A DNA stretch of 51,836 nucleotides, from positions 1-51,836 of the forward strand of contig JAWLBL010000023.1 in the NCBI GenBank assembly GCA_041687695.1, in the 5' to 3' direction. The translations under genes and the position numbers were made by a program. The first letter of the stretch is position 1, and each line of letters starts with the position of its first letter. This document shows positions 18,732 through 27,193 of the stretch, one piece after another. Under the pieces are notes generated by a model. It was not told the DNA's origin. It ran no database searches and saw only the letters and a list, made by a program, of their open reading frames with translations. The DNA is from Myxococcota bacterium (GTDB lineage: Bacteria; Myxococcota_A; UBA9042; PHBI01; JAWLBL01).

Positions 18732-21260
18732 TCAGGGCAGCAGCGGCCGCCCCTCGAAGGTGACCCGCTCGCGGCGCAGCGTGTCGACGATGGTGTCCAT
18801 CGAGATGGCGAAGTGCAGGGTGTCGAGCCGGTCGTAGTTGACCTTGCTGAAGGAGACCACGCCGACCAGCTCGCCGTCCTCGAGGTACACGCCGCCGCCG
18901 CTCGAGCCGCCCGCGATGTCGGCCTGCGTCTGGATGACGCGCACCGGCACCCCGGAGGGGCTGCGGAGGTCGCGCAGCCCGGCGATGGTCCCCGCCGAGT
19001 ACGACCAGGCGAGCCCCATCGGGTTGCCCAGGGTGAAGATGCGGGCGCCGACGTGGGCGCGCCGCGACCCGAGCGGCTGCACGGCCAGCGCGTCGGCCGA
19101 CGCCACGCCCAGCGAGACCAGCGCCAGGTCCACGTCCCCCTCGGCGACCCACTCCACCCGGGCGGGGACCTGCTCGCCGGTGACGGTGATCGCGTCCAGC
19201 AGGGCGTCGCGCTCGCCGTTCGGGCCCTCGACGACGTGGCGGTTGGTCAGGACCGCCAGCGCGCCGCCCTCGCGCGCGACGACGACGCCCGAGCCCGACC
19301 AGCGCTGGTCCCCGCGGCGGGCCTCGAGCACGACGTTGGCGGCCATGGCCGAGGCGATGGCCGGCGGAAGCTGGGCGAGGTCGGCCGGCGAAGGGGCGAC
19401 CGTGCGCTCCTCGAAGATGGGGATGCCGCGGTCGTCGCAGGGCGGCGGCGGCTCGGGCGCGGCGGGCTCGCGGGGCGGCGAGACGCGGCCCGAGATCCGG
19501 GGCGGAGGGGCCTTGACCCAGCCGCCGTCGACCTCGCGGTGCGGGGTGTGGCAGGCGGGGCAGGCGACGGCGAAGCCGCGGCGGGCCAGGGCGACCGGCG
19601 CGTCGCAGGCGTCGCAGCCGCCCAGCGGGTGGGCGTGCTCGGGGACGTTGGCCTGCCCGTCGCGCAGGTGGGGCAGGGCGGTGCGCGGGCAGCGGGGGCG
19701 GCGGGCGCCGGCCGGGCGGGAGAGGACCCGCGGGCGGCGGCAGCAGGCGCAGGCGCCGTAGGCGGTCGAGGCGACCCGGACCACGCGGCCGCGAGCGTCC
19801 AGGGCGTAGTCGCCGTCGGGGCCGCGCAGGGCGCCGTGGGTGGCCTCGAGCGGGGCGCCGTCGGGGCCGCGGTAGGCTGGTGAGAGCGTGGCCCTGCCGT
19901 CACCGTCGAAGTGGACCGAGACGTGGAGGGCGGGGAGCGTCGCGAGGGCAGCGCGGGCGGCGTCTCGGACCTCGGCCAGAAGATCGGTCAGGGCGGCCAG
20001 CAGGGCCTCGGCGGCCGCTTCGGTGGCGCTGGCGGCGGCGACGGCGACCAGGGCCAGGCGGGCGTCGGGGGCGGCGGCCTGGGCGAGGGCGGCCAGCAGG
20101 GCCGCGGGCGCGTCGACGCCGGGGGAGGCCAGGGCGACGAACAGGCGGGCCAGGGCGAGGTGCTCGTCGGGGTCGGCGGCGGCCAGATCGGCGGTCAGCA
20201 GCAGATCGAGCAGGGTGTCGCGGGCGGCGGCGGGCAGGTGCGGGGCGGCGGGCGCCAGCAGCGGCGCCAGGGCGGGCAGGGTGGTGGGCGCGCGCTGGAG
20301 CGCCGCTAGCAGGGGAGTCGCCAGATCGGCCAGCTGGGCCGGCGACAGCGGGGCGAGGCGGCGGGCGAGGCGGCGGGCGGTGTCCGGGTCGAGGGCGTCG
20401 ACGCGGGCCAGCAGCGGGGCCAGGGCCTCGGGCGGGGCGTGGGCCAGGGCCAGGTCGTCGAGGGCGGCGGCGGCCAGCGAGCCGTCGGGCACCCGGGCGC
20501 GGGCCGAGGCGGTGGCGCGGACGGTGGCGGCGCGTTGGGCGGTGGCCACCTGGTCCAGGCGGGCGGTCAGGGCGCGGGCGACCAGGGCCAGGGTGTCGGG
20601 CGCGGCCTGGGCGACGAGGGGCAGGCAGGCGGCGACCAGGTCGGCGGGCGGCAGGCGGTCCAGGGCGGCCAGCAGATCGAGCCGCACCCCGTCGGCGCGG
20701 GCGGCCAGCAGGGCGGCGGCCAGCGCGGGCCCCGGGTCGGGGGCGGCCAGCGCCTGGGTGATGGCGGCGCGGCGCAGCTCGCGGTTGGGCGAGTCCAGGA
20801 AGAAGCCCGGGTCGACCGGCGCGGCGGCGACGGGCGCCGGAGCTGGCGTGGCCACCGGCGCGGGCGGCGCGGGCGACGTGATCCCGAGCGCGGCCAGCAG
20901 GGCCGCCGCGTGGGGCTGCAGGAACGGGTCGGCGCCGCGGGCCAGCGGCTCGGCGAGCGGCCGCAGCTCCTGGGCGTCCGCGGGCTCGGCCAGCCGCGAC
21001 AGGGCGGCCAGCGCGAAGACCTGCTCGTCGCCGGTGCGTCCCTTGGCCAGCGCGGCCAGCAGCCGCATCGCGGGCCGAAACCGCGCCTCGGCCAGCGTCT
21101 CGATGGCCCCCAGCCGCACCGGCAGCGCCTCGTGCCGCAGCAGGCCGGCGATGGTCCGCAGCGCTTCCGGCGAGGCCTGACGCGCCGTCGCGGCGGCCAG
21201 CTCGCGCCGCTCGAGGAACCCGGCGTGCTCAAACGCTACAGCGAGGGCGTCGACGTTCAT
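18732..21260 (-). CDS. HEAT/ARM-repeat protein with Zn-ribbon region and C-terminal trypsin-like serine protease
   Basis: Ala/Leu-rich HEAT-like repeats; CxxC clusters; catalytic TNRHV, DLALV, GGSSGGG; no signal peptide. Confidence 0.8.
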   Translation of the reverse strand: MNVDALAVAFEHAGFLERRELAAATARQASPEALRTIAGLLRHEALPVRLGAIETLAEARFRPAMRLLAALAKGRTGDEQVFALAALSRLAEPADAQELRPLAEPLARGADPFLQPHAAALLAALGITSPAPPAPVATPAPAPVAAAPVDPGFFLDSPNRELRRAAITQALAAPDPGPALAAALLAARADGVRLDLLAALDRLPPADLVAACLPLVAQAAPDTLALVARALTARLDQVATAQRAATVRATASARARVPDGSLAAAALDDLALAHAPPEALAPLLARVDALDPDTARRLARRLAPLSPAQLADLATPLLAALQRAPTTLPALAPLLAPAAPHLPAAARDTLLDLLLTADLAAADPDEHLALARLFVALASPGVDAPAALLAALAQAAAPDARLALVAVAAASATEAAAEALLAALTDLLAEVRDAARAALATLPALHVSVHFDGDGRATLSPAYRGPDGAPLEATHGALRGPDGDYALDARGRVVRVASTAYGACACCRRPRVLSRPAGARRPRCPRTALPHLRDGQANVPEHAHPLGGCDACDAPVALARRGFAVACPACHTPHREVDGGWVKAPPPRISGRVSPPREPAAPEPPPPCDDRGIPIFEERTVAPSPADLAQLPPAIASAMAANVVLEARRGDQRWSGSGVVVAREGGALAVLTNRHVVEGPNGERDALLDAITVTGEQVPARVEWVAEGDVDLALVSLGVASADALAVQPLGSRRAHVGARIFTLGNPMGLAWSYSAGTIAGLRDLRSPSGVPVRVIQTQADIAGGSSGGGVYLEDGELVGVVSFSKVNYDRLDTLHFAISMDTIVDTLRRERVTFEGRPLLP

Positions 21261-21354
21261 GGCCGGCCATAGTGGGTCCCCCCCTCGGGCAGGTCAATCG
21301 CTGCCAGCGGCGCAGGCCTCCAGCGCGGCCCGCTGCGACCTCTGGGCCCGCATC

Positions 21355-21474
21355 CGGCGCAGCGAGCTGCGCTGGCGGAGGACAGGCCTCCGGGGCGGCT
21401 CGCTGCGGGTGAGGCCTGAGCCAGCCTTTCGGCGCAGCGAGCTGCGCCATGCCGGAGCACGAGCGAGCTCGTGC
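21355..21474. repeat. Three palindromic hairpins with an AGCGAGCT core
   Basis: CGGCGCAGCGAGCTGCGC at 21355-21372 and 21430-21447; GCACGAGCGAGCTCGTGC at 21457-21474. Confidence 0.75.
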
Positions 21475-21533
21475 AGTCCGGTCACGGCCCACGACGAGCC
21501 ACCCGGGCCGCTTTGTCCTGGCGCTGCGTTCGA

Positions 21534-22256
21534 CTACTGGCGCCCGGTCCAGACGCAGACCCGCCCTTCGTAGCCCGGAGAGGCGTCCTCGGGGACGGCG
21601 CACTCGAAGCCTTCGGGGCAGCTCTCGACGCATGATTTCGCGCACGCGGGGCCATGCGGCCCCGTGAGGCACCAGCCCGACGAGCACTGGTCGTGGCTCT
21701 GGCACGGACCCTCCGGGGCCCAACCGCAGGCCCGGACCGGCTCGACCGCGCCGCAGGGGCAGTCCGAGCAGAACTCGGCCAGGGGGAATTGATCGGCGTT
21801 CCAGCAGGTATGGGCCAGCGCGTCCGAGGGACACTGCTCGCCGGCCGTGGCGACCTGAGTGGGCTCGCAAGGCGGGACCCACAGGGCGCGACACGAGCAC
21901 TTCCAGGGCTCGTCCCCGGCCACCGAGACGTAGCCGTCGGGACACGGGCACGCGTAACCGCAAGCCGGCGCGTCCGCGCACGCGGTCCACGCGCCCGCCT
22001 CGTCCTGAAAGCAACACCCGGGCTGGCCGCCCTCGCCCAGGCAAGCGGCCGGGACCGCGACCTCGGCGTCGGCCATCCCCATGTCGCCTTGCTGCTGGCC
22101 ATCCCCGCCGTCACTGGAGCCCACCTCGGAGACGCCGTGCGCGTCGGCGTCGACCGCCTCGGCCGCGGGCGTCGACCCGCAGGCCACGAGCAGCAACGAG
22201 AGCACGACCGCGCTGGCCGCGAAGGAGAACGACTGCGAGCGGTTCGTGTGCGACAT
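21534..22256 (-). CDS. Cys-rich putative lipoprotein
   Basis: Lipobox LVAC, acidic linker, Cys-rich C-terminus; GGAG upstream of ATG 22256. Confidence 0.7.
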   Translation of the reverse strand: MSHTNRSQSFSFAASAVVLSLLLVACGSTPAAEAVDADAHGVSEVGSSDGGDGQQQGDMGMADAEVAVPAACLGEGGQPGCCFQDEAGAWTACADAPACGYACPCPDGYVSVAGDEPWKCSCRALWVPPCEPTQVATAGEQCPSDALAHTCWNADQFPLAEFCSDCPCGAVEPVRACGWAPEGPCQSHDQCSSGWCLTGPHGPACAKSCVESCPEGFECAVPEDASPGYEGRVCVWTGRQ

Positions 22257-22319
22257 CGGTGGCGTCCGTCTCCAAGGGAACTCTGAGACTAGGCCCGAAA
22301 GGCTCCGACTCGCAAGTCG

Positions 22320-22592
22320 GCTTGCGGTGAGCGCCCGCGTGCTTGCGGTGACAGGCTGAACGCTTGCGGTGACGTGCCGAACGCTTGCGGTGACGTGCCG
22401 AACGCTTGCGGTGACGTGCCGAACGCTTGCGGTGACGTGCCGAACGCTTGCGGTGAGCGCCCGCGTGCTTGCGGTGACAGGCTGAATGCTTGCGGTGACG
22501 GGCCGAACGCTTGCGGTGACGTGCCGAAGGCTCGCGGTGACGTGCCGAACGCTTGCGGTGACGGGCCGAAGGCTTGCGGTGAAACGCGAGCG
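22320..22592. repeat. Intergenic tandem array of 13 x 21-bp units
   Basis: Unit GCTTGCGGTGA plus 10 variable nt (consensus CGTGCCGAAC); exact 21-bp period from 22320. Confidence 0.97.
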
Positions 22593-22733
22593 TCTCGCGG
22601 TGCAGGGGGCGCGGCCCGGGGGGACTTGCGCCTGGGTTGCGACGGGGGGTAACGTCCTTGCCGATTCCCTGAACACGACGCGGACCTGTTGTCCGCACAA
22701 CCTGCCGCAAGGCCATCCAGAAGGAGCCGCCCC

Positions 22734-23552
22734 ATGGCGTTCGACCTCGACTCCGTCCCCGTCTCCTCACGCGCCAGCTACATCAAGACCGGGCGCGACT
22801 TCGGCACCGGCGACACCATCGCCCAGGCCAACATCACGCTCGACGGCCACGCCCGCTTCGGCGCCGCCATTGCGGCCTACGGCTTCGGCCCGACGCAGGC
22901 CGAGCAGCTCGCCGATCTGCGCGATCTGGCGCGCGCGGTGCTCGCCACGCGCTCGGGCACCGTGATGACCAACAAGCAGACGCGGATCGACGCCCGCGAC
23001 GCGCTGAAGAAGGGCAAGGCCGCCCGCGCCCAGGCCCGCGTCGTCCTCGAGGCCGCGCACGCCGACGCCTCCGACGCGCCCGAAGGGCAGACCGAGCCCT
23101 TGCGGGCGACCCTCGGAGAGGTCGCGCAGGCGCTGGGCTTCACCCGCTCCTCGGGCGACGACAAGCAGCGGCTCGCCCAGCAGCTGGGCAGCCTGAAGGC
23201 CGCCCTCGAGCGTCCCGGCCTCGCCCCCTTCACCGCCGCCATCGGCGGGCCCGAGGCCCTCGCCGCCCTCGACGCCGCGCTGGCCGGCCTCTCCCCCGTC
23301 CTCGACCTCCCGCCCGGCACGGCCGGCTCCCCCGCCGACACCGAGCGCCTCGATCTGGTGGACGGCCTCATCGTCGCCCTCTGCCGCCGCGCCCGCCGCG
23401 CCGCCCGCCTCGCCGCCCAGGCCCGCGCCGAGCCCTCGCTCGCCAAGGCCTTCGAGCTCGACGGCCTGTACCCCAAGCGCCGCTCGCCCTCCACCTCCTC
23501 CGACATCCCCCCGGTCGAAGCGGCTCCGACGCCCATCGAGCCCGTCGCCTGA
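22734..23552 (+). CDS. Hypothetical alpha-helical protein
   Basis: Strong RBS AAGGAG before ATG 22734; GC3-rich codons; Ala/Leu-rich helical sequence with no recognised motif. Confidence 0.8.
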   Translation: MAFDLDSVPVSSRASYIKTGRDFGTGDTIAQANITLDGHARFGAAIAAYGFGPTQAEQLADLRDLARAVLATRSGTVMTNKQTRIDARDALKKGKAARAQARVVLEAAHADASDAPEGQTEPLRATLGEVAQALGFTRSSGDDKQRLAQQLGSLKAALERPGLAPFTAAIGGPEALAALDAALAGLSPVLDLPPGTAGSPADTERLDLVDGLIVALCRRARRAARLAAQARAEPSLAKAFELDGLYPKRRSPSTSSDIPPVEAAPTPIEPVA

Positions 23553-23762
23553 GCCGTAGCCTCAAGGATAGAGAGCGCGTCGCCCTCGGGCGGCGCGCGG
23601 CCTCGCAGACGTCGGACCACGACTCATAGGAGACCCGCTTCTGTCGGTCGCCGAGCACGCACCGATGGTCGATGACGTGGACGAGTGTGCCGGAGTGAAC
23701 GCCACTTTTCTCAGCCCGCGACATTTCACAGGGCGACATTTATCGCCAAGGAGCCGTCGAGC

Positions 23763-24308
23763 ATGACAGCAGGGCATCTCGAGGGCCTGAAGCGGAGAGT
23801 GCGCGACGCCGTGCGCTCGCCCCCTCCCGCGCCTTGGGTGTGCGTCGCCGACCTGGCCGTTGGCGGACTGAGCGCGGTGGGCTTCGACCGCCACTCGGAG
23901 CGCCTGCTCATCGTGTCGAGCCAAGGACGTGGTCTGGTCGACTGCACGTCGGGGCAGCGGCTCGCGCGTGACCACGGCGAATACTACGGCGATGAGCAGC
24001 AGCTGGAAGCAGAAGCCATCGGCCCGCTAGCGGGCACGATCATCCGAATGGCCGGCCTTCACGGCGGCGGCTTGCCCTTGACCACGGAAGACGGGTGGTC
24101 CCTAGAGCTCGTCACGATGGATTGGCCGCACACGGACGTGCTCCTCCTCGCCCCAGGTTCGTGGCTCTACGGCTCCCTTCACGGAAAGGAGAGTAGCTTC
24201 TACAAGATCGCCACCGACTCCGAGCTGCGAGCGTGCGGCTTTTCGTACACCGGTCGGTCGCTGGTCGTGGCCACTTCGAGTGACCTCGTGATCTACGCGC
24301 GATCATGA
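23763..24308 (+). CDS. Hypothetical protein (possible immunity-like)
   Basis: RBS AAGGAG; AVGGLSAVGF...VSSQGRGLVDC motif; lower GC than flanks. Confidence 0.65.
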   Translation: MTAGHLEGLKRRVRDAVRSPPPAPWVCVADLAVGGLSAVGFDRHSERLLIVSSQGRGLVDCTSGQRLARDHGEYYGDEQQLEAEAIGPLAGTIIRMAGLHGGGLPLTTEDGWSLELVTMDWPHTDVLLLAPGSWLYGSLHGKESSFYKIATDSELRACGFSYTGRSLVVATSSDLVIYARS

Positions 24309-24427
24309 CGACACGTGCCCGTCGGCCTCCTCTGGCACCTTGGGCGTTGCTGACACGGCCTTCGTCCCGTCGGACAGCAGCGTTCGAGCGACGCACATCT
24401 CATCCAAGGCCATCGGGAGGGGTATTG

Positions 24428-24772
24428 ATGAGCTATCATGTGACGCACCGAAATGGGCGCGATGAGTCGATGTTCCCGTTCAATCGCCTCGGTGAGCTGT
24501 TGGACGAACTGGAACAGCCCGATCCGGAACACCCGGATGTCTCCGTGACCCACGAGTCCGGTTGGTGTCTGTCGGTATTTGGCTCGGGCTGGGTCTCTCT
24601 CGAGAAGCTGGATGAGGAGGACCCGATGCACATGGGCCCGCAGAGCCGAACCGAGGCCATAGCCCTCATGAGGCTGGTGGCGGGTGGCAGCATCGCGGAG
24701 CTCCTGGCGCTGCCTTGGAGGCCAGGCTATCCGCAACAGGGGTCTCGGGAGTGCCACAAGGGCGAGGGTTGA
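24428..24772 (+). CDS. Small acidic hypothetical protein (possible immunity-like)
   Basis: RBS GGGAGG; EHPDVSVTHESGWCLS...PWRPGY motif; lower GC. Confidence 0.65.
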   Translation: MSYHVTHRNGRDESMFPFNRLGELLDELEQPDPEHPDVSVTHESGWCLSVFGSGWVSLEKLDEEDPMHMGPQSRTEAIALMRLVAGGSIAELLALPWRPGYPQQGSRECHKGEG

Positions 24773-24832
24773 GGCGTGCCCTGTCGGCTTTCTCGCGGAC
24801 ACTCAGGGGCGGCGCAGGGTGGACGAGGGGGA

Positions 24833-25784
24833 TCAGACGGGGATGTCCTCCCAGGGGCGGATCTTGACGCCCTTGCGGTAGCCCTCGATGAACAGCGTCA
24901 GCTCCATGAAGGTTCGGGTCGGCGCCACCAGATCCCGGTAGAGGATGCGGTCGGCCACCGGGTCGAGGTGGAAGGACCACATGAGGGACATCAGGGGGTT
25001 GATCCACAGCCTGCTGCCGGCGGTCCGGTCGGTGCGATGGACGTCGCCGTAGGCCCCCTCGATGGCGCTCACGATGGAGCTGTTGACGATGCTGACGTGG
25101 TCGGGCATCCGGTCGAACACGAAGTCGCAGGCGTCGATGTAGCAGCTGGACCTCGGACATCGAGGGCAGCAGCGAGGTGGCGCCGAGGAACGCGCCCTGG
25201 CGGCTGAGGGCGGCGACGGCCTCGAGGAACTGGGCGTGGCAGACGCCGTGGTATCGGTCGACGCCGAACCCCACGCAGACCAGCAGCTTGCGCTCGAGGT
25301 CGACGGCGCTGGCCGACAGGAGGCTGGCCACGTCCTCCTGGGGCGTCCCCAGCCCCGCCTCGTCGCCGCCCATCAGGCTGTCGGTGCCCCCGTCGACCAG
25401 GACCAGGGTGTCGAAGCCCTCGGCCTCGACCAGCCGGCGGTAGGACTCCTTCAGGGGAGCGACGCCCGTGCGCTCGAAGCAGACGATGTCCACCTCCTGG
25501 CCGCGCGCCCGGAACCACTCGCACAGGGCGCGCTCGGGGAAGTAGCTCGAGGCGCCGCGCGAGTCGGCCGTGACGCGGGCGCTGACCGGGTCGAGCCGCT
25601 CGTCGGGGGTCGGCCGCAGCGCCGAGAAGCTCAGGTTCGCGAGCTGCACCTGCACGCCGCGGTCGACCAGGGCGAAGTACAGGGGCAGGCCACAGAACAC
25701 GTCGAAGCCGCCCCCGGCTCCGGCCAGGAGGACCTTGCGGGCGCCGTCGAGGCTGCGAAAGAGCGGCTGGTGCGTGATGGACAT
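24833..25784 (-). pseudogene. DUF1152-family gene with a frameshift near 25142 (real or assembly error)
   Basis: GAGGGFDV, DGGTDSL, GTPQED, GFGVD motifs in one frame; conserved C-terminus (SIVNSSI, LWINPLM) in another; minus strand reads CAG CTG C TAC ATC GAC. Confidence 0.8.
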
Positions 25785-25812
25785 GGCGACGAGCCTTTGC
25801 GGGGGAGGAGCG

Positions 25813-26685
25813 TCAGAGGCCGCGGGCGTGGTCGGGGCGGAGGGGGAGGGCGCCGGAGAGGGCGGCGTCGATGACGTCGAGGATGGCGGCGCGGTCTTGG
25901 GGGAGGCGGCCGGCGATGGGGAGGTGGTTGCTGGCGTGGTTGGTGCGGAAGAGGGCGGAGGTGGGGGCGGCGAGGGCGACGAAGGTGCGCAGCTCGTTCA
26001 GGAGGGCCAGCGGGTCGGGGAGGGTGAAGCGGCCGGTGTCGGCGAGGCGGGCGATGGGGGTGCCGGGGACGACGGTGAGCGTCAGGGCGGCGAGCCAGGT
26101 GGGGTCCATGGCGGTGGCGAGGCGGGCGGAGGCCTCGGCGTGCTCGTGGGAGCGCTCGGTGCCGCCGGCGCCGAGGAGGAAGATGGCCGAGAGGTTCAGG
26201 CCGGCCGCGCGGGCGAGGGCGGCGGCGTCGGCGTGCTGGGCGAAGGAGCTGCCCTTGGCGATGCGCTTCAAGGTGAGGTCGTCGCCGGACTCGGGGCCGA
26301 TGTACAGGACCGTCAGGCCCAGCGCGCGCAGGCGGGCGAGGTCGGCGGGGGACTTGCCAAGGACGTTGAGGGCGGTCGCGTAGCAGCTGACCTGGCGCAG
26401 GCGCGGGAAGGCCTGGCGGCAGGCGAGGAGGATGGGCTCCCAGGCGTCCATCGGCAGGACCAGGGCGTCGCCGTCGCAGACGAAGACCTTCTCGACCTGG
26501 GGGCCGAAGCGGGCGGCGGCGGTGCGGACGTCGTCGAGCACCTCGGCGAGCGTGCGGGCGCGGAAGGCCTTGTCGCGGTACATGTCGCAATAGGTGCAGT
26601 GGTTCCAGCTGCAGCCGATGGTGGCCTGGAGCAGGTAGCTGTGGGCCTCGCTGGGCGGGCGGTAGATTCGGCCTTCGTAGCGCAT
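25813..26685 (-). CDS. Radical SAM protein (IYRPPSE-type)
   Basis: CSWNHCTYC (CX3CX2C), YRPPSE N-terminus, GPESG, FRTNHASN; RBS GGAGG. Confidence 0.92.
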   Translation of the reverse strand: MRYEGRIYRPPSEAHSYLLQATIGCSWNHCTYCDMYRDKAFRARTLAEVLDDVRTAAARFGPQVEKVFVCDGDALVLPMDAWEPILLACRQAFPRLRQVSCYATALNVLGKSPADLARLRALGLTVLYIGPESGDDLTLKRIAKGSSFAQHADAAALARAAGLNLSAIFLLGAGGTERSHEHAEASARLATAMDPTWLAALTLTVVPGTPIARLADTGRFTLPDPLALLNELRTFVALAAPTSALFRTNHASNHLPIAGRLPQDRAAILDVIDAALSGALPLRPDHARGL

Positions 26686-26846
26686 CGCGGGTCGCCTCCG
26701 GGGACGGAGGATAGGGGCGGAGGCGGTCGGTGGGCCAGCCCAAGCGGCGCTCGGGGCGCGAACGGCGGGGTGTCCGAGGCCAAGGCAGGCGCAAGCGAGG
26801 ACTCGCAAGATTGGCGCGACCCAATCATGGGACTAACCTCCGGCGC

Positions 26847-27080
26847 ATGATCGAAGTGAACATTCGAGAGGCCAAGAAGCACCTGTCGAGGCTGGTTCAG
26901 CGCGTCCTGGACGGGGAAGAGGTGGTCGTCGCGCGCGCCGGGCGGCCGCTGGTGCGGCTGGTGCCGATCGAGGCGCCGTCGCGTGAGGTGGTGCTGGGGC
27001 TGGACGAAGGGAAGGCCTGGATCGCCGAAGACTTCGACGCGCCGCTGCCGGACGAGGTGCTGCGCGGTTTCGAAGGATGA
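26847..27080 (+). CDS. Phd/YefM family antitoxin
   Basis: VNIREAKKHLSRLV...GEEVVVARAGRPLVRLVP...DFDAPLP. Confidence 0.92.
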   Translation: MIEVNIREAKKHLSRLVQRVLDGEEVVVARAGRPLVRLVPIEAPSREVVLGLDEGKAWIAEDFDAPLPDEVLRGFEG

Positions 27081-27142
27081 GGCTGCTCCTCGACACCCGT
27101 GTCTTGCATTGGAAGAACGTCGAGCCGGGGCGTTCAGGGTAG
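27077..27142 (+). pseudogene. Truncated VapC/PIN toxin remnant
   Basis: ATGA overlap with antitoxin stop; reads MRLLLDTRVLHW (PIN N-terminus) and stops after 21 aa. Confidence 0.75.
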
Positions 27143-27193
27143 AGGCGCTCACGGTCACCTGGGAGCGCTCGTGCGCTCGAGGACCAGAGCGGC

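Noticed and set aside
19545..19565. CPACH as a heme-binding motif in the protease
   Set aside because: The protein lacks an export signal and the motif is part of a CxxC cluster better explained as a Zn ribbon
22320..22592. CRISPR array interpretation of the 21-bp repeats
   Set aside because: The core is only 11 bp, the variable parts are 10 bp and recur, and no cas genes are in the window
21534..22700. N-terminal heptad extension (TASVRHV)n of the lipoprotein ORF
   Set aside because: The signal peptide and lipobox begin at 22256 with an RBS; an upstream extension would bury the signal
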